Shown piece after piece: positions 1 through 17,438 of a stretch of DNA of 64,000 nt. Each line of letters opens with the position of its first letter. Position 1 is the stretch's first letter. The position numbers and the translations under genes are program-made. The DNA is taken from the NCBI GenBank assembly GCA_963828845.1, contig CAWHGE010000009.1:106660-170659 (forward strand), given 5' to 3'. A model generated the notes under the pieces. The model did no database searches. It had not been told where the DNA came from and saw only the letters and a list, made by a program, of their open reading frames with translations. This DNA comes from an uncultured Chloroflexia bacterium. GTDB taxonomy: Bacteria > Chloroflexota > Anaerolineae > Anaerolineales > UBA4823.

Positions 1-1066
1 ATATCGCTTTATTATGGATATAGTCACGTACGTAATTATCAGAGACATCAACCGAGATCCAGCGCATAATATCACTCAAGGAACACATATTAAGGATCTC
101 TGGAAGGTTCTCGCCCAATCCGAGCCCTGGGTGGATACTTAATCTTAAATCTCCGGAAAATGCCGAAGCCACAGTCGTTGCTGAGGCACCGACGTCCACC
201 CCCAAAACACCTTTATGGGTGTGGGCGTATTCCTTGCTGATATAGCGAATGGTTCTTCCGAAGGCAGTTGCAGATGGCATTAACTGATTGCCGGTCCATA
301 AATCCACTTCATGGATGCCCCGGATTTGGCGGGAGCGTACCTGGCGAAATACTTGAGCCAGAGCAGGCTGTGAGGGTGTGAGCTGTTCGCTATCATAAGA
401 TTGGCGGACATTTGGAGCAATGTGTAAATTTGCCAGGGTCCCGATAGATTCCTGCACGTCCGTAACCAATTCTGAGTTGCCTGCATACAGCACTTCCGGA
501 CGCTGATCTTTGGGCATCAAATAACAAGCCAGCCCAACTGCTTCAAGCAGGTTAATTACCGATTCTTTCGCACCACCTTCAATTCCTCCGGCGACCACGA
601 TCAAGTCTGGGCGCATCTGCAAAATGGAATCCAATCGGGCAACGTTACCTCGCCGGTCGTTCAAACTCATCGTCCCCACCACGCGGGCGTAGGTGGTGGA
701 AGCTAGATTTTTTGCACTCTCGGTGGAGACGTCTTCTAATAAACCAATCGCCACCACTTTTAGCGGAGGACCCACGGATACTGTCGCTACACACGCATCC
801 ACCCCGGACCCATTCGGTTGAGAGGGGATTACGATCTGCCCTCCGGAATCAAATAAGACCCGCCCAGTGATGTCGTGTAACTGATCCAATGCCTCCTTCA
901 CACCCACACTAACGTCATTAAAGGGAGCGCCCAATGTAGTCGGCACACTGCCCTGCCCTAAAAAGCGATAACGCCCCTCAACAACATCGAAAAGGATCAC
1001 CCGTGTGGATACAGTTCCGATTTCTATTGCAAGGACCGAGTCAGCATCAATGAGTGAAGTTGGCAT
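1..1066 (-). CDS. Glutamate mutase L (GlmL/MutL)-like ASKHA actin-fold protein, 3'-truncated by the window edge
   Basis: Missing from the ORF track because it runs off the window. Manual translation from ATG 1066 gives MPTSLIDADSVLAIEIGTVSTRVILFDVVEGRYRFLGQGSVPTT...PDLIVVAGGIEGG...VLYAGN...APNVR...GVLGVDVGASATTV, matching GlmL-family motifs. Confidence 0.8.
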   Translation of the reverse strand, partial: MPTSLIDADSVLAIEIGTVSTRVILFDVVEGRYRFLGQGSVPTTLGAPFNDVSVGVKEALDQLHDITGRVLFDSGGQIVIPSQPNGSGVDACVATVSVGPPLKVVAIGLLEDVSTESAKNLASTTYARVVGTMSLNDRRGNVARLDSILQMRPDLIVVAGGIEGGAKESVINLLEAVGLACYLMPKDQRPEVLYAGNSELVTDVQESIGTLANLHIAPNVRQSYDSEQLTPSQPALAQVFRQVRSRQIRGIHEVDLWTGNQLMPSATAFGRTIRYISKEYAHTHKGVLGVDVGASATTVASAFSGDLRLSIHPGLGLGENLPEILNMCSLSDIMRWISVDVSDNYVRDYIHNKAI

Positions 1067-1078
1067 GTCGATTAACTA

Positions 1079-1807
1079 TCAGAAGAAACGAAGAATGGTA
1101 TCCCAAAGAAAACCTATCCGATCAATGAGTGCAGTGAGGGCTGCGATATATACACCGGCAAACAAGACTCCCAGGGTGACAACAATAAATCCATGCCCGA
1201 CCGTGGATATGTATTCCATGAAAAGGGGACGTTGAACTGGTACACCCTCTTCTTGATGCTTGATGCCGAACTGGAAGTAAATAAGCGTCGCAACGGTTCC
1301 CACCAAGACGATCAGACCATTGATGAACCAACCGACCAAATTGCTTATCTCAGCTGGAGCTGAGTGGATATTTAGCATATTTATCGACGCTCCAACTTGA
1401 GGAAATATCGTCCCTTGAACCGCTCCAGCAACCACCGTAGCCGCCCCAACCCCGGTCAGAAAAGCCAACACCGGCGTTCCCCAACGTGACAGGCGCGGTG
1501 ATGCCTTGGTCAGCATCCAAAATCCCAATATTACCGCGGGTACTACGCGAACCGCATAAATGCCCAATCCGGCCGTTTTACCTGTGGTAATTATTTGTAA
1601 AACTGGCACAAGTACCTGGAACCAGATCACATTATATAGGATTAAGACCGCTGCATAACCCGATGCTACACCGATGAAAATATGGATCACCAGCCGAAAC
1701 AAGGTATTATCACCGATGATATAGCTGAGTACCATAATCGTCAGCAAGAAGCCGATAATCGCTCCGATTGGGTCGGCCAGATTGTTGATACGCTCCAACA
1801 AGGTCAC
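1079..1807 (-). CDS. Polytopic membrane protein of the GlmL/DUF6754 operon
   Basis: 242 aa, about 6 hydrophobic segments, motif LSYIIGDNTLFRLVIHIFIGVASGY; 12 nt from the GlmL-like gene. Confidence 0.75.
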   Translation of the reverse strand: MTLLERINNLADPIGAIIGFLLTIMVLSYIIGDNTLFRLVIHIFIGVASGYAAVLILYNVIWFQVLVPVLQIITTGKTAGLGIYAVRVVPAVILGFWMLTKASPRLSRWGTPVLAFLTGVGAATVVAGAVQGTIFPQVGASINMLNIHSAPAEISNLVGWFINGLIVLVGTVATLIYFQFGIKHQEEGVPVQRPLFMEYISTVGHGFIVVTLGVLFAGVYIAALTALIDRIGFLWDTILRFF

Positions 1808-1809
1808 TC

Positions 1810-3738
1810 CTAGGTCTCCTTCTTCTTACTTGCTGCAAGCATCTTTACTACTACACTGGCGATACTGCCAATCAGAATGATCAAAACTGAAACCGTTACT
1901 CCCACGCTAAAAGCATCCCAAATACCATTTTGCTGGATGTTGCCAACCGTACGACCGTAAGCCACACCACCCACCAAACCAGCAATCAAACCTTGAACCT
2001 GAGACGGATTGGACTCGTAATACGGGCGAATCAGTGGTTCAGCTTGTGAGCTTGTAACCATTAAAAGCGGTGTACCTGCTTCCTGAAGCTGTGGGCCGAC
2101 TTGTTCTATCCAAATCCGGGCTGTATCTGAGTCGTTCGTCAGTACGATCACAGCAGAGAAGTCTTTTACGCTCGCAATCGCATTCAATGGTGCCCCTGCC
2201 CAAACATTGTAACCCGCCAGCGAGTAGGGTAATAAATTTCTTGGGGAAGAAGCCAAACCGAGCAAACCAATCGTACCACCGGGAATATAGCCAAGGTTTG
2301 CATAATTCGAATAAGAACCTGGGGCTCCTGACCAACTCGAGCTGGCATTCGTAATCATACTTTCTGCCAACGCCGGGCCTGATGGGGCCGTCGCGACCAA
2401 CGTCAAATATGCATTTTTGTTCATCAGCTGGATGAGCATGTTAGTAATCGTGATATTCAATTCACCGGAGAAACCTGCTTCATAGTCAAAAGCTATCAAG
2501 ACTGGTGCTCCTGAAGGTAACCCTTGTATCCGTTGGGTAAAATCAACCACGCCAGGAATATTACCGGGTTGCGGGGTCGATGTATGTTGGCTTCCGCTGA
2601 TGATCATCCAGAGCATTGGCAGCAATAAAATAACTGCAACAATCAATCGAAAGATATTGCGAGTGGTGATGATGGGTTGGGATGGTAATGGCTTTGGTTT
2701 CCCTTCATCGGCCAGTAATTCTTTCATCATCTCCACGCGTGCTTGCTGTTCATCTGTGACGCGCAATTTTATGGAGTATGTGGGTGGTTTCTGCGCCTTT
2801 ATGGCTGAGGGGTGAGCTGATATCACGCCGCGTAAGCCCACCAAAGGACCGGCTGTAACGATATCTGCACCTGATAAGTCCTCAACCGGGCCAGTGGGTG
2901 TGACTTTATCCGTGGGGCGGAGGGCTTCCAGCCAGTTTGGAAGCTCGGCTGGAGCAATCGCGGGTTCTGGTTTCTCAGAGCTTGGTGGGGTTTCTTCAGA
3001 ACCCGACATGGCTATCCAATCTGGCAGTGATTGTTGTTCCTGACCCTTTTCCTCAACAGGTTCAGCACCCACATCTTCCTTTTGCACTGGCTCACTGGCG
3101 AATATTTCACCTTCCAGCTTAATTGTGGAAGCTGCTTCCAGGTTTTTTAACCAATCAGGTTTATCTGCAGGTTGGGCAGGTAAGGGTTGCTCTTCTTCGG
3201 TCGATCCCTCGACTGCAGCCCCAGAGCCTTCCATAAAGACCTCTGGCTCAACCTCTTCTGCTGCCTCTTCCGATGTCTCTTCCTGCGTCTCTTCCGATAT
3301 CTCCGCCTGCAAGTTCGATTGTTCAGGCTCACCTACACCCGCTTCATCTAGCAAGCTCGCCAGCCAGTCATCGTCGATTGCGTTTGCCTGTGCGCCTGGA
3401 GGAGTCAAAGGCGGACGTAATATAGAATCTAATTGCTCCGAAGGCTCTTCGGGGGAAGGTTCTTCAGGCTTACCTTCTGACTGGTCTAGAAAACCAGCTT
3501 CGGTTTGTTTGAGCCAATCTGGGATGTTTCGTTTCAGATTTGCTGTAACTCCTGGTTTGGGGGCTTGATTTTCTGCTTCACCCGCCTTTTCAGATGATGC
3601 AGGTAATGGACTTGTTTCGTCCTCCCCTTGAGATGGAGGGATAAAACCCCCTGATTTTAATGGCGCCTGGCAATACAGACACTCATCCAAATCAGGTGGA
3701 TTAGGCTTGCCACATAGCGGACAGATGATATCAGTCAT
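1810..3738 (-). CDS. Membrane protein: N-terminal Zn ribbon, acidic disordered linker with PDWL-type repeats, TM segment, globular domain, C-terminal TM
   Basis: 642 aa; CPLC...CLYC at the N-terminus; E/P-rich linker with five (P/D)(D/N)W(L/I) motifs; TM near IFRLIVAVILLLPMLWMII; VLIAFDYEAGFSGEL and NLGYIPGG motifs. Confidence 0.8.
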   Translation of the reverse strand: MTDIICPLCGKPNPPDLDECLYCQAPLKSGGFIPPSQGEDETSPLPASSEKAGEAENQAPKPGVTANLKRNIPDWLKQTEAGFLDQSEGKPEEPSPEEPSEQLDSILRPPLTPPGAQANAIDDDWLASLLDEAGVGEPEQSNLQAEISEETQEETSEEAAEEVEPEVFMEGSGAAVEGSTEEEQPLPAQPADKPDWLKNLEAASTIKLEGEIFASEPVQKEDVGAEPVEEKGQEQQSLPDWIAMSGSEETPPSSEKPEPAIAPAELPNWLEALRPTDKVTPTGPVEDLSGADIVTAGPLVGLRGVISAHPSAIKAQKPPTYSIKLRVTDEQQARVEMMKELLADEGKPKPLPSQPIITTRNIFRLIVAVILLLPMLWMIISGSQHTSTPQPGNIPGVVDFTQRIQGLPSGAPVLIAFDYEAGFSGELNITITNMLIQLMNKNAYLTLVATAPSGPALAESMITNASSSWSGAPGSYSNYANLGYIPGGTIGLLGLASSPRNLLPYSLAGYNVWAGAPLNAIASVKDFSAVIVLTNDSDTARIWIEQVGPQLQEAGTPLLMVTSSQAEPLIRPYYESNPSQVQGLIAGLVGGVAYGRTVGNIQQNGIWDAFSVGVTVSVLIILIGSIASVVVKMLAASKKKET

Positions 3739-3741
3739 GCT

Positions 3742-4365
3742 CTATCCACCATAAGGACGATCGATACCGATAAGAATGCGTAAACCAGTAGCTACTGTTC
3801 CCAAGGCAACACCCAACAAGAGCCCGCGTGCCCCAGCAATAGCAGGGACTTGGGCTAGCCATCCTCGCACAATGCTTAGTGGGGTAATCTCTCCAATAAA
3901 GAACAGTGGGACAGACCCCACCAAAACTATCAGCACAGTCACCAGGAATAAAATGGTGTTCCATTTTGGACGACGAGCGAGCAGACGCGCTGCGGCATAC
4001 ACTAGAACAACCGCCAAGACCGCCAACAAACTTACCTCTACAGGTACCTGAAAGGAATTAAATACCCACATAGACCAGGATCCGGTTGGACCACTGATAC
4101 TGACGATGAGAATTGTGACGAACAAAGATACCAACAATACGATACTATATACACGGCTCGATCCTTCACTTCCAGTTTTTTTCCAATGCACCATCGCCAG
4201 GTTAAATATACCTAACAACAAGGCAAATGCAGCCAGGATGATTGCCCATCCAATCAGAGTGGATTGAATACCTCCCAACGCTGCGGGGAAAAAATATCCC
4301 AATAATACAAACAAACCAGAAATAACGGCAATTATTGCATTTGTAATGGGTAGAATTTTCTTCAC
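3742..4365 (-). CDS. Polytopic membrane protein (about 6 TM) of the GlmL/DUF6754 operon
   Basis: 207 aa, hydrophobic, C-terminal GARGLLLGVALGTVATGLRILIGIDRPY; 4-nt overlap with the upstream gene. Confidence 0.75.
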   Translation of the reverse strand: MKKILPITNAIIAVISGLFVLLGYFFPAALGGIQSTLIGWAIILAAFALLLGIFNLAMVHWKKTGSEGSSRVYSIVLLVSLFVTILIVSISGPTGSWSMWVFNSFQVPVEVSLLAVLAVVLVYAAARLLARRPKWNTILFLVTVLIVLVGSVPLFFIGEITPLSIVRGWLAQVPAIAGARGLLLGVALGTVATGLRILIGIDRPYGG

Positions 4366-5129
4366 GGGAATATTCCCAATAGCTTAAGGATCGCACCGAT
4401 CACGATGGCACCCACCAGCACCCAGCGTAAGATGTCCTGCATGCGTAGGCTGGCTGAATGTACCCCTCCTGCTCCCAGATATGCACCTGCCGCATAAAGT
4501 TCTTCGCCTAGTAAAGGCTCATCTGATGTGGCATAAAGCACGGCCTGAGCGGGGATGCTGTCACTCCCCGCCACGGTCAGTGATCGGCTGCGTTCGCCTG
4601 CTTCGGTCAGCAAGGCAATCTCCGTCCCAAAATGACCAGTAAGAATATTGGCGGAGATTTGCTCATCATGGATGACAGGCATGGCTCCAGCAGCATAAGC
4701 CATGGGTGTAAGACCGGTCAGGCGTGCATTTGTGGGATCATAACGCTGCTCGGCCGCCAGACTGTGATATGTGCTTCGTAAGGTATCCTGACTAAGGATG
4801 GTGATTACCCCATCGCCTGATGTCGTTACCGGGGGCTTGTCACTGTTTGAGGCTGCTCGGGCGCATCGGTCAAGGATGGTAAGGCCGATAAAAGCAGCTC
4901 CACCTTGCAAATCATTGATATTTCCACGACCAAGGGAGATATGAAGACGTTTTCCCGCTTCCACAGCCAGATCGACCTCACGCCGAAAGTGGCTGAAAGC
5001 CTGGATACCTCGTAAGTTGAGCTTAGCTCGAGTGCGATCTGATAAGAAATAGAATAAAATCAGACCCAGACATAATAGGATAAATAATAAGCCCAGGTAA
5101 TTGGTGATTGAACTAAGCACCTGATCCAC
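4362..5129 (-). CDS. DUF6754-like membrane-anchored protein
   Basis: 255 aa; N- and C-terminal TM segments; motifs AVEAGKRLHISLG, GHFGTE, LLGEELYAAGAYL, ASLRMQDILRW resemble DUF6754. Confidence 0.7.
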   Translation of the reverse strand: MDQVLSSITNYLGLLFILLCLGLILFYFLSDRTRAKLNLRGIQAFSHFRREVDLAVEAGKRLHISLGRGNINDLQGGAAFIGLTILDRCARAASNSDKPPVTTSGDGVITILSQDTLRSTYHSLAAEQRYDPTNARLTGLTPMAYAAGAMPVIHDEQISANILTGHFGTEIALLTEAGERSRSLTVAGSDSIPAQAVLYATSDEPLLGEELYAAGAYLGAGGVHSASLRMQDILRWVLVGAIVIGAILKLLGIFP

Positions 5130-5397
5130 GAGTAGGCGCCTCCCTTAAGAAGGATACAAATTCCTGCCGGTCAATAGGATTTTCGAGCACCTGAGCAAAT
5201 GCTTGAAGTGAACGGGACGACACAGTTCCAGATAGCAGGGGTTGACTGAGATACAGTACTTGTGCGAACAATATACTCAGAGAGCCTGCAGCCTCAAGCG
5301 CGGAAGCCACTCCTTCTCTTAATCCCCAGCGTTGCAATGTACGCGCCCAAATAATCCAGACAGGCTGGTTCTCACTCATGATTAAAGTATAGCACAA
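5113..5397 (-). CDS. Small hypothetical protein, first gene of the operon (start may be ATG 5379)
   Basis: 94 aa ORF overlapping the DUF6754-like gene; motif LEAAGSLSILFAQVLYLSQP. Confidence 0.6.
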   Translation of the reverse strand: MCYTLIMSENQPVWIIWARTLQRWGLREGVASALEAAGSLSILFAQVLYLSQPLLSGTVSSRSLQAFAQVLENPIDRQEFVSFLREAPTRGSGA

Positions 5398-5552
5398 AAC
5401 TGCTCCGCAGTTTTATCGCTGTCAATTTTATTAGCGTGCATTTTTACTAAGAACACCATGCCTGCCAGATAGAATTGAAATATGACAGGGGACAGGTGAT
5501 TTTTATGCCATATATAACTGTCTCTTTCACTGTAGTACGACTAAACTAGTAA

Positions 5553-9167
<3,615 letters not shown>

Positions 9168-9191
9168 TCCAGGGAAATAAGGAGATAAACC

Positions 9192-10198
9192 ATGGTAGAC
9201 CTGACCACTACTTACCTAGGACTTAAGCTTAAAGAATCCTCTGGTGGCTTCACCATCGCCGCTTTCTGAGAAGGTTGAGAATGTAAAGCGCATGGAGGAG
9301 GCGGGCATTGCGGCCGTCGTGATGTACTCGCTCTTCGAAGAACAGATCATCCACGAAAGCCTGGAGCTGGACTATTTCCTTAACCGAGGCACAGAATCCT
9401 TTGCTGAAGCGCTCACTTACTTCCCAAATATCGGCAGATACAGCCTGGCCCCCGATAAATACATCGAGACGTTGGAAAGAACCAAGCTGGCGGTCAATAT
9501 CCCCGTGATGGGCAGCTTGAACGGTGTTTCCACGGGCGGTTGGATCGAATATGCCCATAAGATCCAGGATGCCGGCGCGGATGCACTCGAGCTCAACCTG
9601 TATTATTTGCCCACCGATGTCAACCTCACCAGCAACCAGATTGAAGATAATTACCTCAAGCTGGTGAGCGATATCCGGGCTAAAGTCAAGATTCCGTTGG
9701 CAGTCAAGCTGGCACCCTTCTTCACCGCCCTGCCCAACTTCGCCAAGCGCCTGGTGGAAGCTGGTGCCAACGGGTTGGTGCTCTTTAACCGCTTCTACCA
9801 ACCTGACTTGGACCTGGAAAATCTGGAAGTGGTGCCCAACCTGGTGCTGAGCAATTCGGATGATCTGCGCCTGCCGCTGCGTTGGATTGCCATCCTGTAT
9901 GGCAAGGTGAAAGCCGACCTTGCCCTGACCAGCGGCGTGCATACCCCCGAGGATGCCATCAAAGCCATCATGGCGGGTGCCAATGTTGCCATGAGCACCT
10001 CAGCGCTGCTCAAGCGCGGGACTCAGGCCATCCAGCAAATCCTGACCGGCATGGAAGAGTGGATGATCGCGCATGAGTACGAGTCGGTTACAGCAAATGC
10101 GGGGCAGTATGAGCCAGGGTGCAGTGGCAGATCCAGCTGCTTTCGAGCGTGCTAATTATATGAAGGTGCTCAACTCGTTCAACCCAGATTTTAGCTAA
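9192..10198 (+). CDS. Dihydroorotate dehydrogenase-like protein (PFOR-associated family); frameshifted near both ends
   Basis: [57 protein letters not shown]; GGAG RBS upstream. Confidence 0.85.
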
Positions 10199-10228
10199 AT
10201 AATTGCTAAGTCCATAGTGTCTTAAAAT

Positions 10229-10260
10229 AAACGAGCGGGCGCGTAGCGTCCGCTCGTGTC
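10229..10260. terminator. Hairpin terminator between the convergent DHOD-like gene and infA
   Basis: acgagcgggcgc-gta-gcgtccgctcgt stem with an A-rich left flank (U-tract on the minus strand). Confidence 0.6.
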
Positions 10261-10286
10261 TTATTAATAATAACTAGGGATGCAGG

Positions 10287-10538
10287 CTAGAGGATTTCAG
10301 GCTCTCCTTCGTGAGCCTTCTTGTGACGGTAAACAATCCGGCCACGGGTGAGATCATAGGGTGACATCTCCACCCGCACGCTATCTCCCAACAGGATGCG
10401 AATATAGTACTTGCGCATCTTCCCCGAGAGATAAGCCAAGACTTCATGACCCGTCTCCAGGCGTACTTTAAATTGCGTCCCAGGCAAGGCTTCAATCACC
10501 GTGCCTTCGACAATAATCTTATCTTCCTCTTTCGTCAT
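10287..10538 (-). CDS. infA: Translation initiation factor IF-1
   Basis: [61 protein letters not shown]. Confidence 0.97.
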   Translation of the reverse strand: MTKEEDKIIVEGTVIEALPGTQFKVRLETGHEVLAYLSGKMRKYYIRILLGDSVRVEMSPYDLTRGRIVYRHKKAHEGEPEIL

Positions 10539-10603
10539 GCATGCCTCCAGACATACTGGTCTGCTGCCTGTTTATGGCAGCAGAGCCACTCACCCAAACG
10601 AGC

Positions 10604-10801
10604 TCACTCGATCTCTGGGCGTTCCTTTCGCCTGATGCGGCGAATGGCCTTTTTCTTTTGAATCCGGCGCAGCTCGCTTTTCGAGACGAACCAGCGCTTG
10701 CGGCGAACTGTGCTCAAGATACCGCTTTTGGCAACCTTTTTGCGAAAGCGCTTGAGCAACGCGTCTTGCGACTCGTTCGGGCGTAGATTTACCGTGGTCA
10801 A
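10604..10801 (-). CDS. rpsU: 30S ribosomal protein bS21
   Basis: VNLRPNESQDALLKRFRKKVAKSGILSTVRRKRWFVSKSE; TTG start at 10801 with GGAGGT 7 nt upstream. Confidence 0.92.
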   Translation of the reverse strand: MTTVNLRPNESQDALLKRFRKKVAKSGILSTVRRKRWFVSKSELRRIQKKKAIRRIRRKERPEIE

Positions 10802-10831
10802 CTTCCTCACCTCCTAACCTTCCATTACTCT

Positions 10832-10911
10832 TTCAATATCCTGGTTTGCCGGGCGTTTGGGCAAAAAAAACCCGGCTGACGTTCACGCTCTCAGCCGAGC
10901 CAGGTATTGAA
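10832..10911 (-). promoter_or_regulatory. Structured leader or terminator upstream of rpsU-infA
   Basis: Hairpin cggctga...tcagccg followed by gg and U8 on the minus strand, enclosed by an outer stem (10832-10844 with 10900-10911). Confidence 0.5.
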
Positions 10912-11107
10912 TGCAATCCTGTGTTCAGTCTTTGATAATAGATCTTCGTTCACCATCCATCCAAAAGAGCGATTTCTAAACGTCGTCACGATTTTAATCG
11001 AAGTATTGGTTTCTGTCAATTTTAATGAACACATTAGCCGGCATAAAGTTATAAAATATCAAAACGGGGGAAAAACTCACTATTCCTTGCGGTTAAAACA
11101 ATAAAGT

Positions 11108-11227
11108 CTCTTGGCAATGACCTACTCTCCCAGGCAGTTACCCACCAAGTACCATCGGCGCTGACAGGCTTAACGAACGGGTTCGGGATGTGTCCGGGTG
11201 TACCCCTGTCGCTCCAATCACCAAGAG
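11108..11227 (-). rRNA. rrf: 5S rRNA
   Basis: Reverse complement reads CTTGGTGATTGGAGCGACAGGGGTACACCCGGACACATCCCGAACCCGTTCGTTAAGCC...GCCTGGGAGAGTAGGTCATTGCCAAG. Confidence 0.95.
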
Positions 11228-11308
11228 ACTCTATTTACATGTTAAGATACCAACCAATAGTGATTTATGATCATGGCATACGAAAAGTGTCGAGTTCTCC
11301 GTACCACG

Positions 11309-14275
<2,967 letters not shown>

Positions 14276-14594
14276 ACGTGATGCGGAGAAATCGAAACTT
14301 TTCGCTTTACATCTCGCTTTCTATCGCATTACGCATGATTTGATATAAATCACTATTCAGTTGGTAAGGTTCAAAGGCCTTGTGGCCTTCAGCGTTTGAC
14401 CGCTGAGAGGTGATCCCGATTCCAGTTCTCTGTTCCGGAGCACCCTTCAAGGGTCAATCGTTGCTTTTGGAGACAAAGCGACCCGGCTCACCGCCGGGTC
14501 GCGAAATACCCATACGATGGCTCAAAAATGGTTGCTATGTCTTGATCACGAACTCTAAACGCAAGTACACCTCATTCTAGCTAGGGTGGCCCTG

Positions 14595-14667
14595 TGGAGA
14601 TGAGGGGATTCGAACCCCTGACATCCGCCTTGCAAAGGCGGCGCTCTCCCAACTGAGCTACATCCCC
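14595..14667 (-). tRNA. tRNA-Ala(TGC)
   Basis: GGGGATGTAGCTCAGTTGGGAGAGCGCCGCCTTTGCAAGGCGGATGTCAGGGGTTCGAATCCCCTCATCTCCA. Confidence 0.97.
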
Positions 14668-14690
14668 AGTCTTTTCTACTGGTAAGGTAG

Positions 14691-14764
<74 letters not shown>

Positions 14765-14922
14765 AGTCAGCCGGAGCCTCAACAACTGAGAAGTGACAGG
14801 AAACCCTCCAAGGGTTATAACGTCTCGCAACCGCATGCGAGTCTTGCACCGAAATAGGTGTTTGAAGTCTATTCCGGGTTGAGTAGAGTTTTTTGCCCTG
14901 AGGCAAAAAACTCAAAACTCTA

Positions 14923-16436
<1,514 letters not shown>

Positions 16437-16544
16437 AATTTATGCATCTTTCGATGCGTAAAGTCTGCGTTTTTGTCGTTATAACGACTGGCTGATTTCC
16501 TATCACTATTCAGTTGTTAAGGTTCCTTCAATCGAGCGGGCAGG

Positions 16545-16573
16545 ATTTTATCACTGCCCCTAGAGCCTGTCAA
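16545..16573 (-). promoter_or_regulatory. rRNA operon promoter P2 (sigma70 type)
   Basis: TTGACA (16573-16568), 17 nt spacer, TAAAAT (16550-16545), with an extended -10 TG. Confidence 0.75.
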
Positions 16574-16733
16574 GGCTTTTTTCTAGAGACTAAATTGCCG
16601 ATGCTTAAAATACATCGGCACGTCAGACTGAGAAGTGTAAACACTTTAGTCTCTGACGCAAGGGCGTCATTGCTCGGTTGTAAGTGTTCTGCCTATTTCA
16701 GGCGAGAACGAAAAAAATCAATCGCGAACTTTG

Positions 16734-16761
16734 ATTATAAGCCATTAATTAGTGTTGTCAA
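16734..16761 (-). promoter_or_regulatory. rRNA operon promoter P1 (sigma70 type)
   Basis: Perfect TTGACA (16761-16756), 16 nt spacer, TATAAT (16739-16734). Confidence 0.8.
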
Positions 16762-16812
16762 GGGTAAATACCAAACCAATTGTCAGACAACCTTTGGGCT
16801 TTTACGGACTGA

Positions 16813-17418
16813 TCAACCCATTTCCTGCCGCCCCATTAAAGCGCGCAGTAATGTGGTCTGGTCAGCATATTCCAGGTCCCCACCAACGGGTAAGCCGCGT
16901 GCCAGGCGTGTTACTTTGACACCCGGGATGTTGATCTGTTGCTGGATGTACATGGCGGTAGCATCCCCCTCCATGCTTGGATTGGTTGCCAGGATCAGCT
17001 CCCTTATATCGCCTGCTTTCACCCTCTCAATCAACGCCCGCATAGTCAGGTCTTCAGGACCAACTCCCTCTATCGGCGATAGCACCCCCCGTAGAACATG
17101 GTATCTTCCCGTGAAACCACCCGTGCGTTCCATCGCCAATACATCCAGCGGCTCTTCGACCACACACACGATACCTGGGTCTCGCTCAGAGCTGGCACAA
17201 ATCTCACACTCTGTCCGCCCTGCGCTGGTAACGTTATAACAGATGGGACAGTCAACGGTGTTCGCCTTCAAGTCGTGCAGTGCCTCTGATAGCTCCCCCG
17301 CCACCTCCTCGGGTGCATTCAATAGGAAAAATGTGAGCCGCGAGGCGGTTTTCGGACCAATACCCGGCAAGCGCGAAAATGCATCGATCAGATTTTGGAT
17401 TGGCGTGGGCAGGATCAT
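16813..17418 (-). CDS. recR: Recombination mediator RecR
   Basis: LPGIGPKTASRL HhH, C4 zinc finger, TOPRIM CVVEEP, ILATNPSMEGDATA. Confidence 0.96.
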   Translation of the reverse strand: MILPTPIQNLIDAFSRLPGIGPKTASRLTFFLLNAPEEVAGELSEALHDLKANTVDCPICYNVTSAGRTECEICASSERDPGIVCVVEEPLDVLAMERTGGFTGRYHVLRGVLSPIEGVGPEDLTMRALIERVKAGDIRELILATNPSMEGDATAMYIQQQINIPGVKVTRLARGLPVGGDLEYADQTTLLRALMGRQEMG

Positions 17419-17438
17419 TGGTTAATCCATCCGCTGGA

